From Marsupella aquatica (Eukaryota; Plantae; Marchantiophyta), in assembly GCA_973895155.1 (NCBI GenBank), contig OZ316891.1, positions 17,916,095 to 17,980,094 on the forward strand: a stretch of 64,000 nt of DNA, written 5' to 3'. The position numbers and the translations under genes are program-made. This document shows, one piece after another, positions 48,756 through 63,070 of this stretch. Every line of letters starts with the position of its first letter. The stretch's first letter is position 1. The notes below the pieces were generated by a model. The model was not told the origin of the DNA, did no database searches, and was given only the letters and a program-made list of their open reading frames with translations.

Positions 48756-49978
48756 TGCACCAAAATTATGTGACTTCTAGGACTTCTAGGTGTGACTAGA
48801 CCGATGTAGAGAATGACTTTGGATTCGCTCTTAATTTACAACCGTGTATCTCCTGATTTTTCTTCAAACAAGGGCCGCCACTATAACTTGAAGAAATGAA
48901 ACGACGAAAGGACCCGCAAGTACGAAGAATTGGAGTACGAGCTAGGCGACGACGGCCGGGCTGAAGCTGACGCCGCACCGTATGGACTACAGCAGGGACC
49001 TTCGCCGAATGTGACGCCAAATTGTCATACGCATTATTCAACGGTCTCGCAAGGGTATGAGTATTCTTCTACTGTGAAGGGATGATGAGAAGTACGCCCC
49101 TCTTGTTTGTGTTCTTTGTTTTCTTTTCTGCTGGTTTTTGCAGTGGGTGCTGTGGAATACATTTGGTGCACCGTAACGTACCTTCACTTCACACTAAACT
49201 TGAAAATTTAGTACAAGATGCTCATGAACCAACGCACACAAACTGCTCTGAAATGTTGGTTTTTCAAGGTAATAACTTTCCTTTGAATATCATCATTTCT
49301 TTTGGGGAAGTTGCCGATAGCCCTGCAACTAGTTTGCAGACCGATACAACTCAGTATTCCATTTTTTGTAAAGTTCATATTTGTATGGATTTGCTAACCT
49401 TGTCAAAACTTAAGTGGTATGTTTATTTCTGTAATTATTTCCTCTTTCTAAGTTTTGGGGTTCACCTTTGCATACCACTTTTAAGTGTGGTTTGGTGTTT
49501 GTCTGCTTTAGATCTCCATTGCTTTTTCTTCATTGAACTTTGTTTTTGCCCTTTTTTAAAACTTAAAAGTGTTGTGGCTTAACCGTGTTTTCAACCTTTC
49601 AGATTAAAGGTATGTTTATATCACTTTAAGGTTTTTCTCTTGTAAAACTACGTCCTTATTTAGTTCAGAGCAAATGCAAAGCAATGATGACCATAACAAG
49701 GCCCATTTCTGGTGTTTAGGCTTGCAAGAGTAAGTTTTGGAAGGGAATGTACTGTAAGTGACTACATTGATAAACATGATGTCCAGCTGAAAGTGCACGG
49801 CAGGTCACAAGTATGTAGCGAAAGAACTTGTGGGGTAGTTCACGTGGTCCTAGTTGACTACAGTAGTTCATAAAGTCCCTAGTGAGTCAGCTAAAAGATC
49901 CTTCTTTGAAAAGTAGGGTCCTGCAAAGTTTGTGTTGTTCAGGTCCCCAGTGTTGGTCTGCTGGAAATCGGGTCAGAG

Positions 49979-50258
49979 CAGTGTTTTTTTAGTGGCAAAA
50001 ATTTGCTGGATTTCACCTCCCAAAAAATCTTTCGCCACTTTTGGCAAAAATCCGCTACTATTTTGCTGTCTCAGTAGCCAGTGTTCCACCTAATCCCGGG
50101 CCCCATTAGCCAGAATCTAACGGTCAGCCTTAAATCTAGGGAGATCTGACGGTCAAGAAAATAATTGAATAGGGAAATTTTTGAGCATCTTCTCCTTCAC
50201 ACGTTTTACATTCTATCGCCACTCTGCCAAAAAAGTAATATCCTTAAAACATACGCTG
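49979..50258. mobile_element. Possible hAT-like MITE remnant
   Basis: Starts CAGTGTTTTTTTAGTGGC and ends TTAAAACATACGCTG, with internal TCGCCAC repeats; the TSD matches only partly. Confidence 0.35.
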
Positions 50259-52947
50259 GTCCCGAGTAGTTGGTCTTTAAAGTTAAATACTTCGCATGTC
50301 TGGACAGGAAGCAGCCTTGAATGTAGCAGTACAACAATAACGATAATGTGAATCTCGCGACCAATGTCTATTCTCAGCACAATAGCACAATTGAGAGTCC
50401 GAGAGTAGCATCAATGAGGACGCCCGGCTAGAATTTCAATTGATTAGGACCTCGCAAAGTTTCAAATTGGATGGCTTGGCCATAAACAAGTGGCTATAAC
50501 TTTTTCATAGGGTTATGTAAAAGTTGTTTTCTCTAGTATTTATGGTCATGGAATAGAAGGATATGCTTGGTGGACCCCACAAAGAGAAAAACTTTACCTG
50601 ATCTGCCCCTGGACTTTTTTTTTCCCTGATCAACCCCCTCTTAATAAACCATACAAGATGTTCTTGTAAGGGTTTTGCTAAAGCGAGGTTCAGGCATACT
50701 AGGACCAAACTTGGTTGATGATGACTACAGGCCCTGAACCATGAACTTGGTCTAATTTTGATGTGACTGTGCAAAGCGGGGTGCAAAGGGGAAAATGCAG
50801 GTGTTAAATGGGCTTGTTTGTTGCTGGGACAGGCGCCGAGGTCATTTTTGCACCGCAAATGACAAGATTAAGGTAATCACAAAGTGCAAACATTCATGTG
50901 ATGCCTTCCATTTTGTAAGCATCATTCCTTGTTTTGGCAATGTCATCCCGGTAGACCTTTTGGGGATGCTAAGTATGACCTAAAGGCAATGTAGAAAATG
51001 TCCACAATGTCTTCAAAAACCACCACTGTCAGCCATTCACACACCCAAACGGCATGGGTGAGCAAAAAATACTCTCACTGAAAAAAATGTTAACTGACAT
51101 GACATATAGACAATGTTCACATTGTCTCCCAACACTGTTTTGGGTATTTAAAACCCCCAAACCTAATCCTTAAATCCTTGTGCTTTGCTTGCAATGTACA
51201 GATCTTACCTGTCAATTAGTGGGCCCTTAAATTGGTGAATAATGTGGAGCTTAGGATCTCCCCAACCTTACGAAAACCTCCAAACAGAAGGTTTTTATGT
51301 AATTATGCAATTTGCATTTAATGATAGAGAATGGTCCCCCATAAATACCCGGGACACACTGCTGGAAAATTAAAGGATCCTGCTTCACCACAAGAATAGA
51401 TGTCCAATAGGAATAGGTATTGCAATTCAGCACAAGCATACTGCAGAGAGCATCATTGCCATAAATGGGAGGCTAGGACCAACTTCTTACTCTACAGCCC
51501 ATCATACAAGACCGAATGTCACGGTCCCTATTTTGTTGGGATATGATCTAGATCGAACAAGACAACGTCAACATGCATGCACACTCATCCATAGACTCCG
51601 ACATTGACAATATGTGGTTCACCCGGTCTGGGCTACGTGCGCACCCGTCAGAGAAAACCAACAATGTGAAATGATTACACTTGCCATGGCCACGTGCTAG
51701 AGCTCCTCCTCTCACTCTCTCTCCTCTAGAGTGAACCTTCAAGTGTGAACACAAGTTTGTGTTTTTCTTGGATATACCCCCTCCCATGATCTATGGAAAC
51801 CTGGAACTCAAACTAGTGTTCTGCTAGTCTACTAAAATCTAGCTAGTACTATGAAAATATATAAGTTATACTAGAAACATAACCTAACACATTCAAGTAG
51901 TCCTCACCCTGGCGAACTAATGGCAGCCTTCAATGTCATTCTTGCATTGTAAAGCTTTGCTCCAAGCCTAAAGTACCATACTGATTTTGTGCCTGCCTAA
52001 CTTAATTGTTATCACCTCTGCCCAAACCGACTACTTAAACAATTGTGTCTATCTAAACCACAAGAGAAACAACACCACAAGAGAAACAACGCTCCCCCAC
52101 AAGAAAAAGTGACATCATTGGCAATCCAGGACATACCATGTTCAGACTTATCACCCTAAACTCTAAAACAACTTGAAGACATAATCTATAATGTCATCAA
52201 TTAAATGCTAAGCTGGAAACCGCATAAGTGTTTCAAAAGTAAACTTTGTTCAGCAAGTCATTGTTTGACACGTGGAGACACTCCCCCAAAACTAAAAATA
52301 GACAAGCACAGACAAACTTTTGGTGTCATTTAAGTTCTCTCAATTGCTGTGTCTGCTTTTGAATTAGGACTTTTTTGTGTTTTCCAACGAGAACATTTAC
52401 ATTTGAGAGACAACTACTTCCTTGCATGCAAATAGGTTTCCATTTGGGTCCCTGGACAGCTGGGCCCGGCCATGATTGCTCTTATTTGGGCTTAGGGATG
52501 ACCATGACAAATGGACTTTCTATAATTAATACTTAAAGGAACAAATCATTTACAATTAACATCAGAACTTCTTAACTGATCTCCAGTCGACATCACGTCA
52601 ATATACAAAGCAACCTTAAAAAGGCTTGCAAACGACGTGTCCGAGGGACCCAAAGGACCACCAGGGGTCAATCTGGATCAAGAAATATTTTATGAGGACA
52701 GCAAAAGCTGCAAGAATGGAACACAGCAAAGGCTGCAAGAATGGTAGAGAGATCAAACCTCTCCATGCTACATTGGACTATAACTCCTTGAGATCAAGGG
52801 CTCTCACAACAAATGGGAGTTAGGCCACAGCCAAACTAACTAGGTGAACCATACTTCGGTTCCACTCAGTGACGACCTTTGCAAGGCAAGCATTAGCTTA
52901 AGATCTCTCTTCTCTCTCTCTCTGTGCGAACTACTACATTCCTAATC

Positions 52948-55900
52948 CTACCTCCAATTTGCAGCATGCCCTTTCTCCCCATCGGCAATCTTACGCTCTC
53001 TCTCATATAATCGGTACAGTAGCGTGGACTTAGACATCTGGGGCTCCGTCTCAAGGAAAGCAATAACTTCTTTAATAGTAATCGCTCGATCACCTCTTCC
53101 AAACTTTGACAAACCCACGCGCCGTCCACTTAATAATCGTGGTGGTACACCAGGTCCAGGCCCTGAAAAAGTGAGTGGCTCAGAGTCTGTCCGCAAGAGG
53201 CCAATCAAGCGACGGTACAAGAGACAAAAGTGAAAATTCATCACCTAACAAACCCAGAGTGACGTTGCACAGAGCTTGCAGTCATAATAGCCAGAACTAT
53301 GATACGGTTTGTTCTTAAAACAGATTCCACCCTGAATGTTTTAGAACCTATTTCACGAGTAAAGTGAGAAGCGAACGCTTACCGGGAGCCCTTCCTGTGG
53401 CTGATGCCGAAGGAGGTCCTTGAGAATCTGTCTCAGCGTTCCCAGGGCCCGCTGCTGCTGAATCACCATTTTCTAGTTTCTTGTCAGAGTGACTAGCAGA
53501 AACACCGTCTGCTGATGAGACTCCTTTATTAGCAGCAGCGTCGTCAGCAGCTCCTGAGAAAATGGCATACACAGCAACCAAATCAGCTGATTGCGCAACA
53601 TTACACTACATTACATTACAACATAGCAAAGAAATCTTGACGTGAAGGCATTTTAGTAGGCACCAGGGAAAATGAGGTCTAGCTGGAGGCTCCTGTATCA
53701 CTTCCGAAAAGTGAATTTCAATACAATCTATAGACAAAAAACTAAGCTATTACCTGCATCACCTCCTTGACGTTTTTGACGACCTTGCGCAGCCATCATC
53801 TGCCATTTGAGAAGCATGTCATCGGCCCCAACAGCAGCACGTGCAGCTACATTCGCTGCATTTGCTTTCAGCCTATCTTCTTCCTCTTGTTGAGCCTGTC
53901 ACAGTACGCAAAGTAGATATCAAAAAGGCGCTGGAAATGAGAGTTGCCAACCAGCAACAGTGAAGTTGGGACCTTGGGAAACTTCATAGTGCTCACAGAG
54001 AGAAGAGATTTGAACTTCGTTGCAGCTGTACCCTATTTTAGTTTCTAAACAGTGGACTACAGTAACATGACAAGCTTTTAAGAATTTTTTTGAGGACTCT
54101 GTTTCAATAATTCACGTCATCTCTGACCATAAGGCACACGGTACGGACAAGAAGAAGTTATATTACTGAGAACACATCTCCATGTTCATTGGTTTACCTT
54201 TTGAGCCTTTGCTTTCAGCTCCTCCCTCTCCACCTCAGGCAGAGACCCTTTATCTTTTTTCTGCACATATGGTAATGTGTAAGCGAAAGAAATGTGGAAG
54301 AATATTTACAGTACATGTGGGAAATCGCACAAGATATACAATGAAAAACCATGCCGGGATTCGGACCTCATTCAATTTGCGCAATCGTTCACTCTCCTCT
54401 GCCATTTTCTTGTCCAACAACTCTTTGGCTTTCCTCTTCATCAGTAGTATTTGACGTCGTACATCTGAAGTAATGACAACTTTGTGCCGTTCTTTGTCTA
54501 CATCACAGCGCTGTTCAACAAAGTTGTCAGCAGCAGCTACAAAACCAACCATTCCAATACTTTCTGGACAGGTGCGATAGCTAGTAGTAGGAGATGCAGA
54601 TCCTTACCTGCTTTGAAAGTTTGATTAGCCTGTACAGCATGCTCCTTAGCCGTTCTTCAACAGACTACAACAAAAATTCAGCAATCAGAAAATAGAAGCG
54701 CAACTACGTAGGCAACATCCTCGCAACAAAAATGAATATTTATGATTGTCAATGTTTCTCAACTTTATCGTAAGTGGAACTTCAATGATGGCAGGCTCAT
54801 ATACCATGGATAGACATCTCCCTACATCCTCACTAACGCTTTTAATGCCACATCGCGTCGCTGCAAGGGAAGGTAGAACCCATCAGTCATTACAATCATG
54901 CAACCCATTGTGAATTAAAACGTGGTACTTATGATCTCACTCATCTTGAATACTTACACAAGTGTTCTCCGTTCCCATACATACACCGTAATTCAATATT
55001 ACAAAAGAGGAAATCAACCCATATCAGGACAATCGAACACTCACCAATTGCAGCAACCTTTGCCCGTAATGGTCCTCTTTCAAGGAAAAGCCTTTCTTCT
55101 TCTTCCTGCACAATTTTCCGCATAGCCTCTGTGGTACGACTCTCCTCTTTCGGTCCAATCAGAAGCTGCTCCTCTTCCTCCTGCGTAATTAAGTGCACCA
55201 GAAGCTGTTAGTCAGTATTTGCCTTCAAACAGTGTAACAATTGGAAACTAAAATTTTGAGGATTCAAAACGTAAGTCAGGGACGCTCTTTCAGTGGCCAG
55301 CTTTTCTATACTGGATGCCGTAAAAACGTTTCACGAGGTGCTGTGAAACTATTTAAGACTAAGAGAGTGTGCCACATATTGGAGCCATTTGAAATTACCT
55401 TGAGATTAACACCACTGACAGCAGTCACATCGTTCAGTTGATCGATACTTTGATCCGGCTCTGCGCCTGAAACCTTCTGTTTCTTGCTGTTTGATACGCA
55501 GGGCAACTAGATTAAAAATACGTTGAAGCCTAGCCATCATTGAATCCCTTCGCCACAACCGAAACTTAATCCTTTCATTGGACAAGAACCTCCGAGAAAC
55601 TGAGTGCAAATTACACAAACCAATCCATCAAACCCGAAAATCCTGAGAGCAAAAGAAAGCCCGATAGCAATTCTAAACTCACCTAGCTGGCTGTTGCCCC
55701 GGTGCGCTTTCAGCTGCTTTCTTTTGACCAACAGCTGGCTTTTTTGAGGGAGTCTTAGCTGCTGGCGTTGCACTCACAGGGGCAGCTGCCTGTGAGGCCT
55801 GCCCTGTTGAAGCAGGAGGATGTATTGAGGTGGAATTGACCCCAGCTGCAGGAACAGAGCCCAATCTTTGTTGGCCAACTCCCTGCCCAGTCAACATTTA

Positions 55901-58900
55901 GGCAGTTTGTTAGAATAGCTGTGACACGGATATCACTATCGACAATTTGTAAACCTGAGCACACGTATAACTACACCGTAAAAAGACGTGTAACGAAAGA
56001 GGCGAACTTCGAGAAGAATGTCAAGCAGGCCATCCTTTTCCAAAACAGCGAGCGACCTAATCGGAAGGGTTGTCATCACCGAGCAGCAACCCACGACAAA
56101 AGAAAATGCAGTCAAACTGTCACGAAGAAAAATAGGCGCAGTGCCAAATTTTATTTCTAGATATTTACCTGCTTTATGGGAACTGTTGACTGGAGACCAG
56201 AGGCCCCTGCAAGGGAAGGGACTGGCACCATGCTAGCGGCAGGCATTGAAGCCACGTCAGCCTGCTGTGCCAAGCTTGTGACTGTGCTAGGAGAGGGGAA
56301 CAGCATACTTCCAGGCACCTGTTCAGCGTTGGACCCTTGTAGTACTTGCCCTTGACTTGTAGGCCGCACAGCAGCCTCGGAAAGCGAAGCTTGTCCAACA
56401 GGCTTCTGTGCCGCCTGCCCTGAAAGCAGATCCAACGTTTGGGGAACTTGAAGAGATTGCCTCTTGTGTCCTGACTGCAAATCAGAAGGTTCTTGCTTAA
56501 CTGGAATCAGAGACAGCCCCTGTCCTGCGGCAACCAAACCACTAGGAGCTACTTGTGCGACGTGTTGTTTGTCTACCTGAGAGACAGAAGCTTGTATGTG
56601 TGCTTGGTGTGATAAGGAACCCGGATGATGAGCATAAGCCTGTTTGTGAAGGTCAACCGTAGGAGTAGAATGCTGGGGATGCAATCCTTGGTGTGCAACC
56701 ATCACTGTACCTGAGGGTGCGCTGTGTAGCTTGTTCATATTTTCTTCCTCCATCATCTTGTTCAGTCTCTCTTCCTCAGCCAGCCTCCTTGATCTCTCTT
56801 CTTCTTCACGTTTCTTCTGCTCCCTTCTAAGCTTTTGCTTAGCGTATTTGGTAAGAGGCTTCTCAGGCGGCGGCTGTGCTTGTGGGGTTGGAGCTGGAGC
56901 TGGAGCTGGAGCTGGGGCCGGGGCCGGGGCCGGGGCTGGTACTGACGTTGGGGTTGGCTGAGGCAATGGAGTCACAGGACCTGGTGCTTGGGGTATAGCT
57001 TGTGATTGATGCAAATGTACATGCCCTGGAGATTGGCCAGGAAGGGTTTGCTGAGGCAAAGCCATCACCACCGTAGGCTGCAACATCGGTGGAGGTCGAG
57101 GTTGGGCCACCATAGGTGAGGGTGCTTGCTGCTTTGCTAACGAGATATCTACCTCGTGTTTTACTTGCTGCAATAGTATTGGAACAGTAGTTTTACTGTT
57201 GGGAGGCTGCACTTGTCCTGCATCTTGCTGTCTGTCCATGTGATTAACTGAAGAGGAGTTCAATTGGGCTTGCAGCAAACTAGATGACAATTTCGATTGA
57301 GGTTGGGATCCTTGAGGCAAGGGCTTAAGGTCTGCAGTGGAAGGAACCTGTGTCTGCTGCAAGGGATGTGCTGGCGGATGGACCACTTTCTGTTGAGTAG
57401 CACTGGCGACAGTCGGCTCCAGAGTTTGAGCAGGCGTTGGGATTGTCTGTGATTGCAGGTTTTGAAGTGGACTTGTCTGCTCCATCAATTGATGTTGCTG
57501 CTGGTGATGTTGTCCAGTCAGGAGTGCACCTGACGCAGACACATTCGGTGAAAGCAGCTGCTGGGGTTTTGTTGACTGTGGATCTGATGACTGTGGTTGA
57601 GATGGTTGCTGCTGTTGTTGCTGATGCTCTCGCTGCTTTTGAAGCTCTTGCTGCTGAAGTGCCAGCTGTGCCTGCTGCTGATGCAATGAACAACCCAGCA
57701 GTTTCAGTATCCTTTCAACTTTGTAAGGCGAGAGTGAAGCATATAATTCATTCACCAAACCAGATTCGAGTAGTATAATGGCTGTGATGGATGAACATGC
57801 CTTTCCGTGCATTTCCCGGATCGTCTTTACCAAAACGTGATCTCCAGCAATAACTCTAGCACCTCTAATGAAATCTTCCCTTGAAATCTCATTTCTCTGC
57901 GAAACAGGGGACTTACAATGTTGGACGTTAGGAGACGCAAGAAAGACCTTTCCGCAACAACAAAATCATAGCCCCCAAACATCCAAGCTGTTCTACATGA
58001 CTTGCTAGCGATATAATAAAGAGGAACATAAACACAGCCGCATACCTTGAATTTCTGATATAAAACCGAAAGCTGCTGACCCTGCTCAGGAGGCAGGTGA
58101 GGTTGAAGGAGAGGCATTAGGGCAGTGAATGAAATGCCTTCTCTTGTCTGACCCTTTCTGGCACCAGGAGCACCACTAGCAGGTTCTGCCCGCGGTGGCT
58201 GCTGACCCTGTTGGTGTGGCTGTTGCTGGATTATTTGCTGCTGCTGTTGCAACTGCTGCTGCTGCTGCTGCTGCTGCCGCAAACGCCTTTGATAAACCTC
58301 CCGCTGCTGTTCTGGGGTGAGCTGACTCCATAGCAGTTGTTGTTGACCAGGAGTTGGCGCTAGAGAAACTGGTTTGGTGCCACTGGGTCCTGTTGAAGAC
58401 AACCCTTACAAGCACTGAGGAAACTTGCTTGGAAATCATGTCGTGAATAAATGAAGTAAATAAATTTGACTACATCTTCATGTACACCCTCGAGTATGAA
58501 AATTCATAGACACAAAATGAACCGCGACCAATCAAGATATGCTAGCACTGATTTTCGGTACATCAGTACCATAAGAGAAGTTGTGGTCCAATTCTACTCA
58601 GCTATCGTAAAATTTACAGGAGACAAACTTTTTCATCAATATTTTAACCAATGCTAGGGAACCGATTGGTTGATGAGGAAGTGCCTATGATACAGATTTG
58701 CTGCCATACACCTTTAGTGAGTGGGATTGACAAAGCTTCATTTGCAAACATTCCGCACAACCCAATCATTGCACAATAGTACATACTCACGGGACAACAC
58801 AAGTACTCAAGGGATGTCTTTCCAAGAAAGTAACCTGTCGTAACAGGAGCTGCCGGCGATTGTGATACAGGTTGAACAGTTCCATTGCCAGGGCGTGCAA

Positions 58901-60127
58901 CGCCATATCCAGCAGCAGCAGCTGCAGCTGCATGGGCAGCACCACCTAAGTCGCCTTTCAACACCGCAGCAAAAGCATCCACATCTGCTGCTGGCGGTTG
59001 GGCATTATCATCCTGACGAAACAGAAGCCTCTCATGAGATGGACAATATCATGCGTTGCTGTACACTAACTTGGAATTCATGGAAAGAAGACTGGTCAGA
59101 ATGACCAACCTGTCCCATTCAACCTTATCAGGGTATTTTCCATAAAGCACTCTACTGAAAAGAGCCTAAACATTTCGAACACAGCACTAAAACTAATTTA
59201 GGTCAACAACAGACGCTTGTAGTAAGACATTCAGGCCCAAACCCAAGTCATGGCCAGTTCGTAAACGGATTTCATAAACGTATTTAGGGTCTAAAACGAC
59301 TAAGAGTGGACGAGGATCCCGCAGATGACCAGCGACAAATCCTCGACATATTTGAAACAGCTCATCATGCATAATACGTAGGGGGAAGTCGTCGAGATAG
59401 ATCCTTCCAGCAGGCGGCCGCGCCACGCGGATTTCTTGCCGAGCCCACCAATTAATATACAATACGGTTTGCCCCGGGTCCAAGGGTGCGTTTAGAAAGG
59501 AATGGGAATAGCGTTGAGCAAACCGAGGAAGAGCAGAACCAAAACAAAAATTTCCCTGTCGTTCGGACAAAACCTGCCTGGACTCAGTTTATCCTCCCAC
59601 ATAGAGTAAATGGTTCTAGATTGTTGTTAGGCAAGCACATTTTCCACAATCAGCCACTCAGTCAATTCCGTGACTCGTGTAAGCTTGTTGTACACATTTC
59701 AGCCCAATAAGCGGGAAACCTAGAAGTGGTAAGCACCAGTGCAACGGAATTTGGCGTGCATCGTTAGGGGGACAAGCCAATAAGGTTTAGTGGATAAAAG
59801 CGCTGAATTCAGAACGAGTCGGAGGAACGAGCCGTCAGCTTAAAGGAGAGAACCGACGACGTACAGTTCTTGCTTAAGGGTCACTATCTGTACGAAAGGT
59901 TCATTTTCAGCCAACTAAACCCTCAGCTCGTTTTATTTTGGGCCTCCTCCAAGTTAAACTAATGCACCGGTCGATGAACTTTTGATTCCAGCTCCTCCAG
60001 CCGGGAGCTCAGGAGAAGCGTGGAGAGGGAAGAGAAAATGACGAAAATGGAAATGAGGACGAGAGGAGAACAGCTACTCGAAACAGACCTCGTCATCGTC
60101 CAGCAGTTTCAAAAGACCGGGATCCAT
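52948..60127 (-). CDS. TAF4: TFIID subunit TAF4 (TAF4b-like), multi-exon
   Basis: Start [13 protein letters not shown] (60127-60089), then [12 protein letters not shown] domain [14 protein letters not shown]...LYQKFK|[14 protein letters not shown]4 domain EEEEQLL...LFLERGPL...VEERLR...RCDVDKE...[20 protein letters not shown]-terminus [26 protein letters not shown]. PolyQ and PA repeats. Confidence 0.93.
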
Positions 60128-61029
60128 GCGCTAAAACCGCCAATCACATGCCCTGCCGCCTGCGTTCGATTCCCGCTCAACGCGCTAACTCTCACTTCTC
60201 CAAATGAGAGACGTAACTGGGTCGAAGCCACAGACATCCTGCACTTCCTGTAACGACCGTAGTCACCATTCCCCCGGCTGCTGTTCTTTCGTCCATATTC
60301 CCAACGACTGCTCCTCTGCCTGGCGCATTCCCTACATGCCGTCTCGTTTCCCACATTTTCGTCCAAATCCGCCCTCCTTCTGCACTTCTCGTCGCCTGCT
60401 GCCTCCTCTGCTCCTCCTGTGCTGCAGCAACCTTCCAGACCTCTCAACACCTTCCTCCTTCCATATCTCCGTCTCGTAAATTTCTCCAATTTAACTCTTC
60501 ATCCTCCCTCCTTCCCTTCCGTCTCTAATCCGGTCGCTCTCAATTCTCTCCGACGACGTTTTGACCAAAGACGTCGCGACTAGCGAGCGCTCTCTGTTTC
60601 GGCCTCTCGCTCCATTTTCCCTGAGGAGTTCCTTTCAACAAACTCGTCAATGACCTCAAAAAAGCAGGTGAATAACTTACATCCACACCAATAATGAATT
60701 GCTAGATTTCTCATTATCGAAATTCGAATTGCCTCGCGCGCAAGGCGTTTCCTCGCCTCACGTTGTCGTGCTATCGTCTCTTTCGCTTGCACCCACCCTC
60801 TCCGCCTCGAGCAGCGGCAGCTGGACTCGACTCTCGAGCTTCTCTCCGACTTTATACTTTTCGCCCTAGTGTCTCTACTTCGCTACTCTTACTAACGCCA
60901 AGCCAAAATTCGTCCGATACATGCGCAGCGAAGAGTAATATGCGTACGGACCACCCTCAAAACTTACGGACACTCACCAACTAGTAAATAAATGGTACAC
61001 TTTGATTATAATGTACTGGCCCATGCATA

Positions 61030-61340
61030 TGTCACTAAGGTGAAAAAGATGTAGAGGAGAGAGACTGTCTAGAGCAAAGGAAAGATGTGGGTGAGATAAA
61101 GTTGTGAAGGTGAAAAATCATGGCTAGATAATAAAAAGATAAAGATGTCCAGGTGAACGAAAGATGTGAAGCCAGGTGGGTAAAAATCTCAAGGACAAAA
61201 AAAGATGTTGAGGAGAGAAAATATATAAATGTGAAAAAAGGTGTGTGGTGAGATATTTCAATGTGAGAAAATATGGTGAGATTAGAAAAAGATGTCAAGT
61301 CAAGATAAAGATGTTGAGGAGAGATATAAATGTAAAGATT
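61030..61340. repeat. Degenerate purine-rich AAAGATGT repeat region
   Basis: AAAGATGT recurs about every 20-40 bp upstream of TAF4. Confidence 0.5.
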
Positions 61341-62199
61341 AATTAGTTAGACCGCCCCTTGGTTAGATAAAATTGATGTTATTCAACAATTAAGTTAGAA
61401 CACATGAAGAGTTACATATTGGAATAGGTTTGAATATGGAGATGAGAGTAAAAAAAGTGTAGATTATTCATGGAAGTAGTGCATGCACAATGTCCCCTTG
61501 GTACTTGTGGGAGCCAATGAGTTTCTTAATTACATTCTTTTGGTATTCCTTTATCCATAGTAGTCAAAGTGTTTCTTATGTTCCCTTGATGTTTCTTTTT
61601 CCATAGTAACCCAATGGTTTTTTACATTATCTTGGTAAATGTTAGAGTAGTTGAAGAGTTTCTTTCTACCCATGATTATTTCAAAAATTGCTAATTAAAT
61701 AGAAAAGTCATACAATCTATTGGAAAACTGATATATCAATCACAGCCCATCCAAAGGTCATTTTCTTTATCTCCTTTTCACCCCTTTCTTTGTTTATTTG
61801 AAATGTTATTTATCAGTTTTCAATTGTTTTTACAGTTTCAAGGTCTAATTGGTTTTCTTTGACTTGTTTTGAACACATACAATCTTGTTTGGTGCTTTTT
61901 GCACAACGATTGAACTATTCTTGTTTGTGACCAATAGTGCTGATGTGGCTGCACATGCTTCCAGGGATTCTGGAAGGAACTTCCAATGAGGGTCCGTAAA
62001 AAAAAATTAACCGATTACCCCATTGATGGGCATATTAAAATGGCCACCCTCTTCTAATAATTAATGTTTTCATCTTGGGTAGGGTATGGGCAGGCTCAAG
62101 TAGCTTGGGCAGAAAGTTAAAATAAAACAGCAGCAGGCCATCAACGGCAGAAAACATAGGAAGAGCAAAGAGGTAACAACCATCTATCCACAAAAGAAC

Positions 62200-63070
62200 C
62201 CTATCAATATAAAAGAAGGTGTCGTCCTATAGGTATCCCAAGGCCAATCCAAGTTGTAATGAGCAGACCAAGGGATCAAAAGGCAAGACAAACCTTATGT
62301 AGACTCGAGTGGCGAATACTCAACTAGAGAGTAAGTTCTACCCTACTTTAACCAAAAGTCAATGGCTAGAATATCAAACCTATACTCAATGTTGATTAAG
62401 GCCTTAGAATAGCAACTCTTCAGTGAGTAACAATAGTTGGACTACAATACCTAGAATCCTAAGTTGTTCCCGTTCAAGTAACAATTTGGCCTGAGTGAGT
62501 CACCCATTTTTCCTGCTCAGGAGCGATGCTAAAGCTACTGCATTCAAATGGTCAAGAGCTTTGGAGAAGACCTGCAACTGGTCAAAAGTCCTCCGCCTTG
62601 ATCTGCGAAAAGTTTGACAGTTTCAGTCCAACCAAATGCACCACAAAGTCCGGAACAAGAGGAAAGTACACAACATATTCAAAGGTGCTTTCCCCACAAT
62701 AGATAGGAGAAGCCCAAGTATACTCACCCTACCAATCACCAAAATACCATGTAGCCAATCGCTAGCTTTATTCAGCAACAGACCGCATACCTACACAAAA
62801 GAAAAATGTGTGGGATGGTCTCCACAATGCCAGTGCAAAGTGTGCAAAACCCGTCTGATTTGCAATCTGCAAAGCCCGATTGCCCGAGAAGAGGCCTTGA
62901 GCCAAGATCCTCCACACGAAGGTTTTAGCCTTCATGGAAAGATCGGCAGTTGTGGTGCAATTCCCTCCGTTGAACACAAGGAAAACACCAAGAACAGATG
63001 TCTTTCAGTCAAAATCGGGTTGCTCTACATTGTTAACTATGGATTAGCCGATCAGGAATAGCAATTTTAC
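62200..63070 (-). mobile_element. L1-type LINE 3' fragment (zf-RVT region)
   Basis: DLSMKAKTFVWRILAQGL.SGNR...(frameshift) CTLC.GIVETIPHIFF matches the zf-RVT pattern. Confidence 0.7.

Noticed and set aside
49082-49582. 166-aa plus-strand ORF, and similar antisense or overlapping ORFs across TAF4 and the TE genes
   Set aside because: No recognisable motifs; composition reflects T-rich non-coding DNA or the antisense of real exons.
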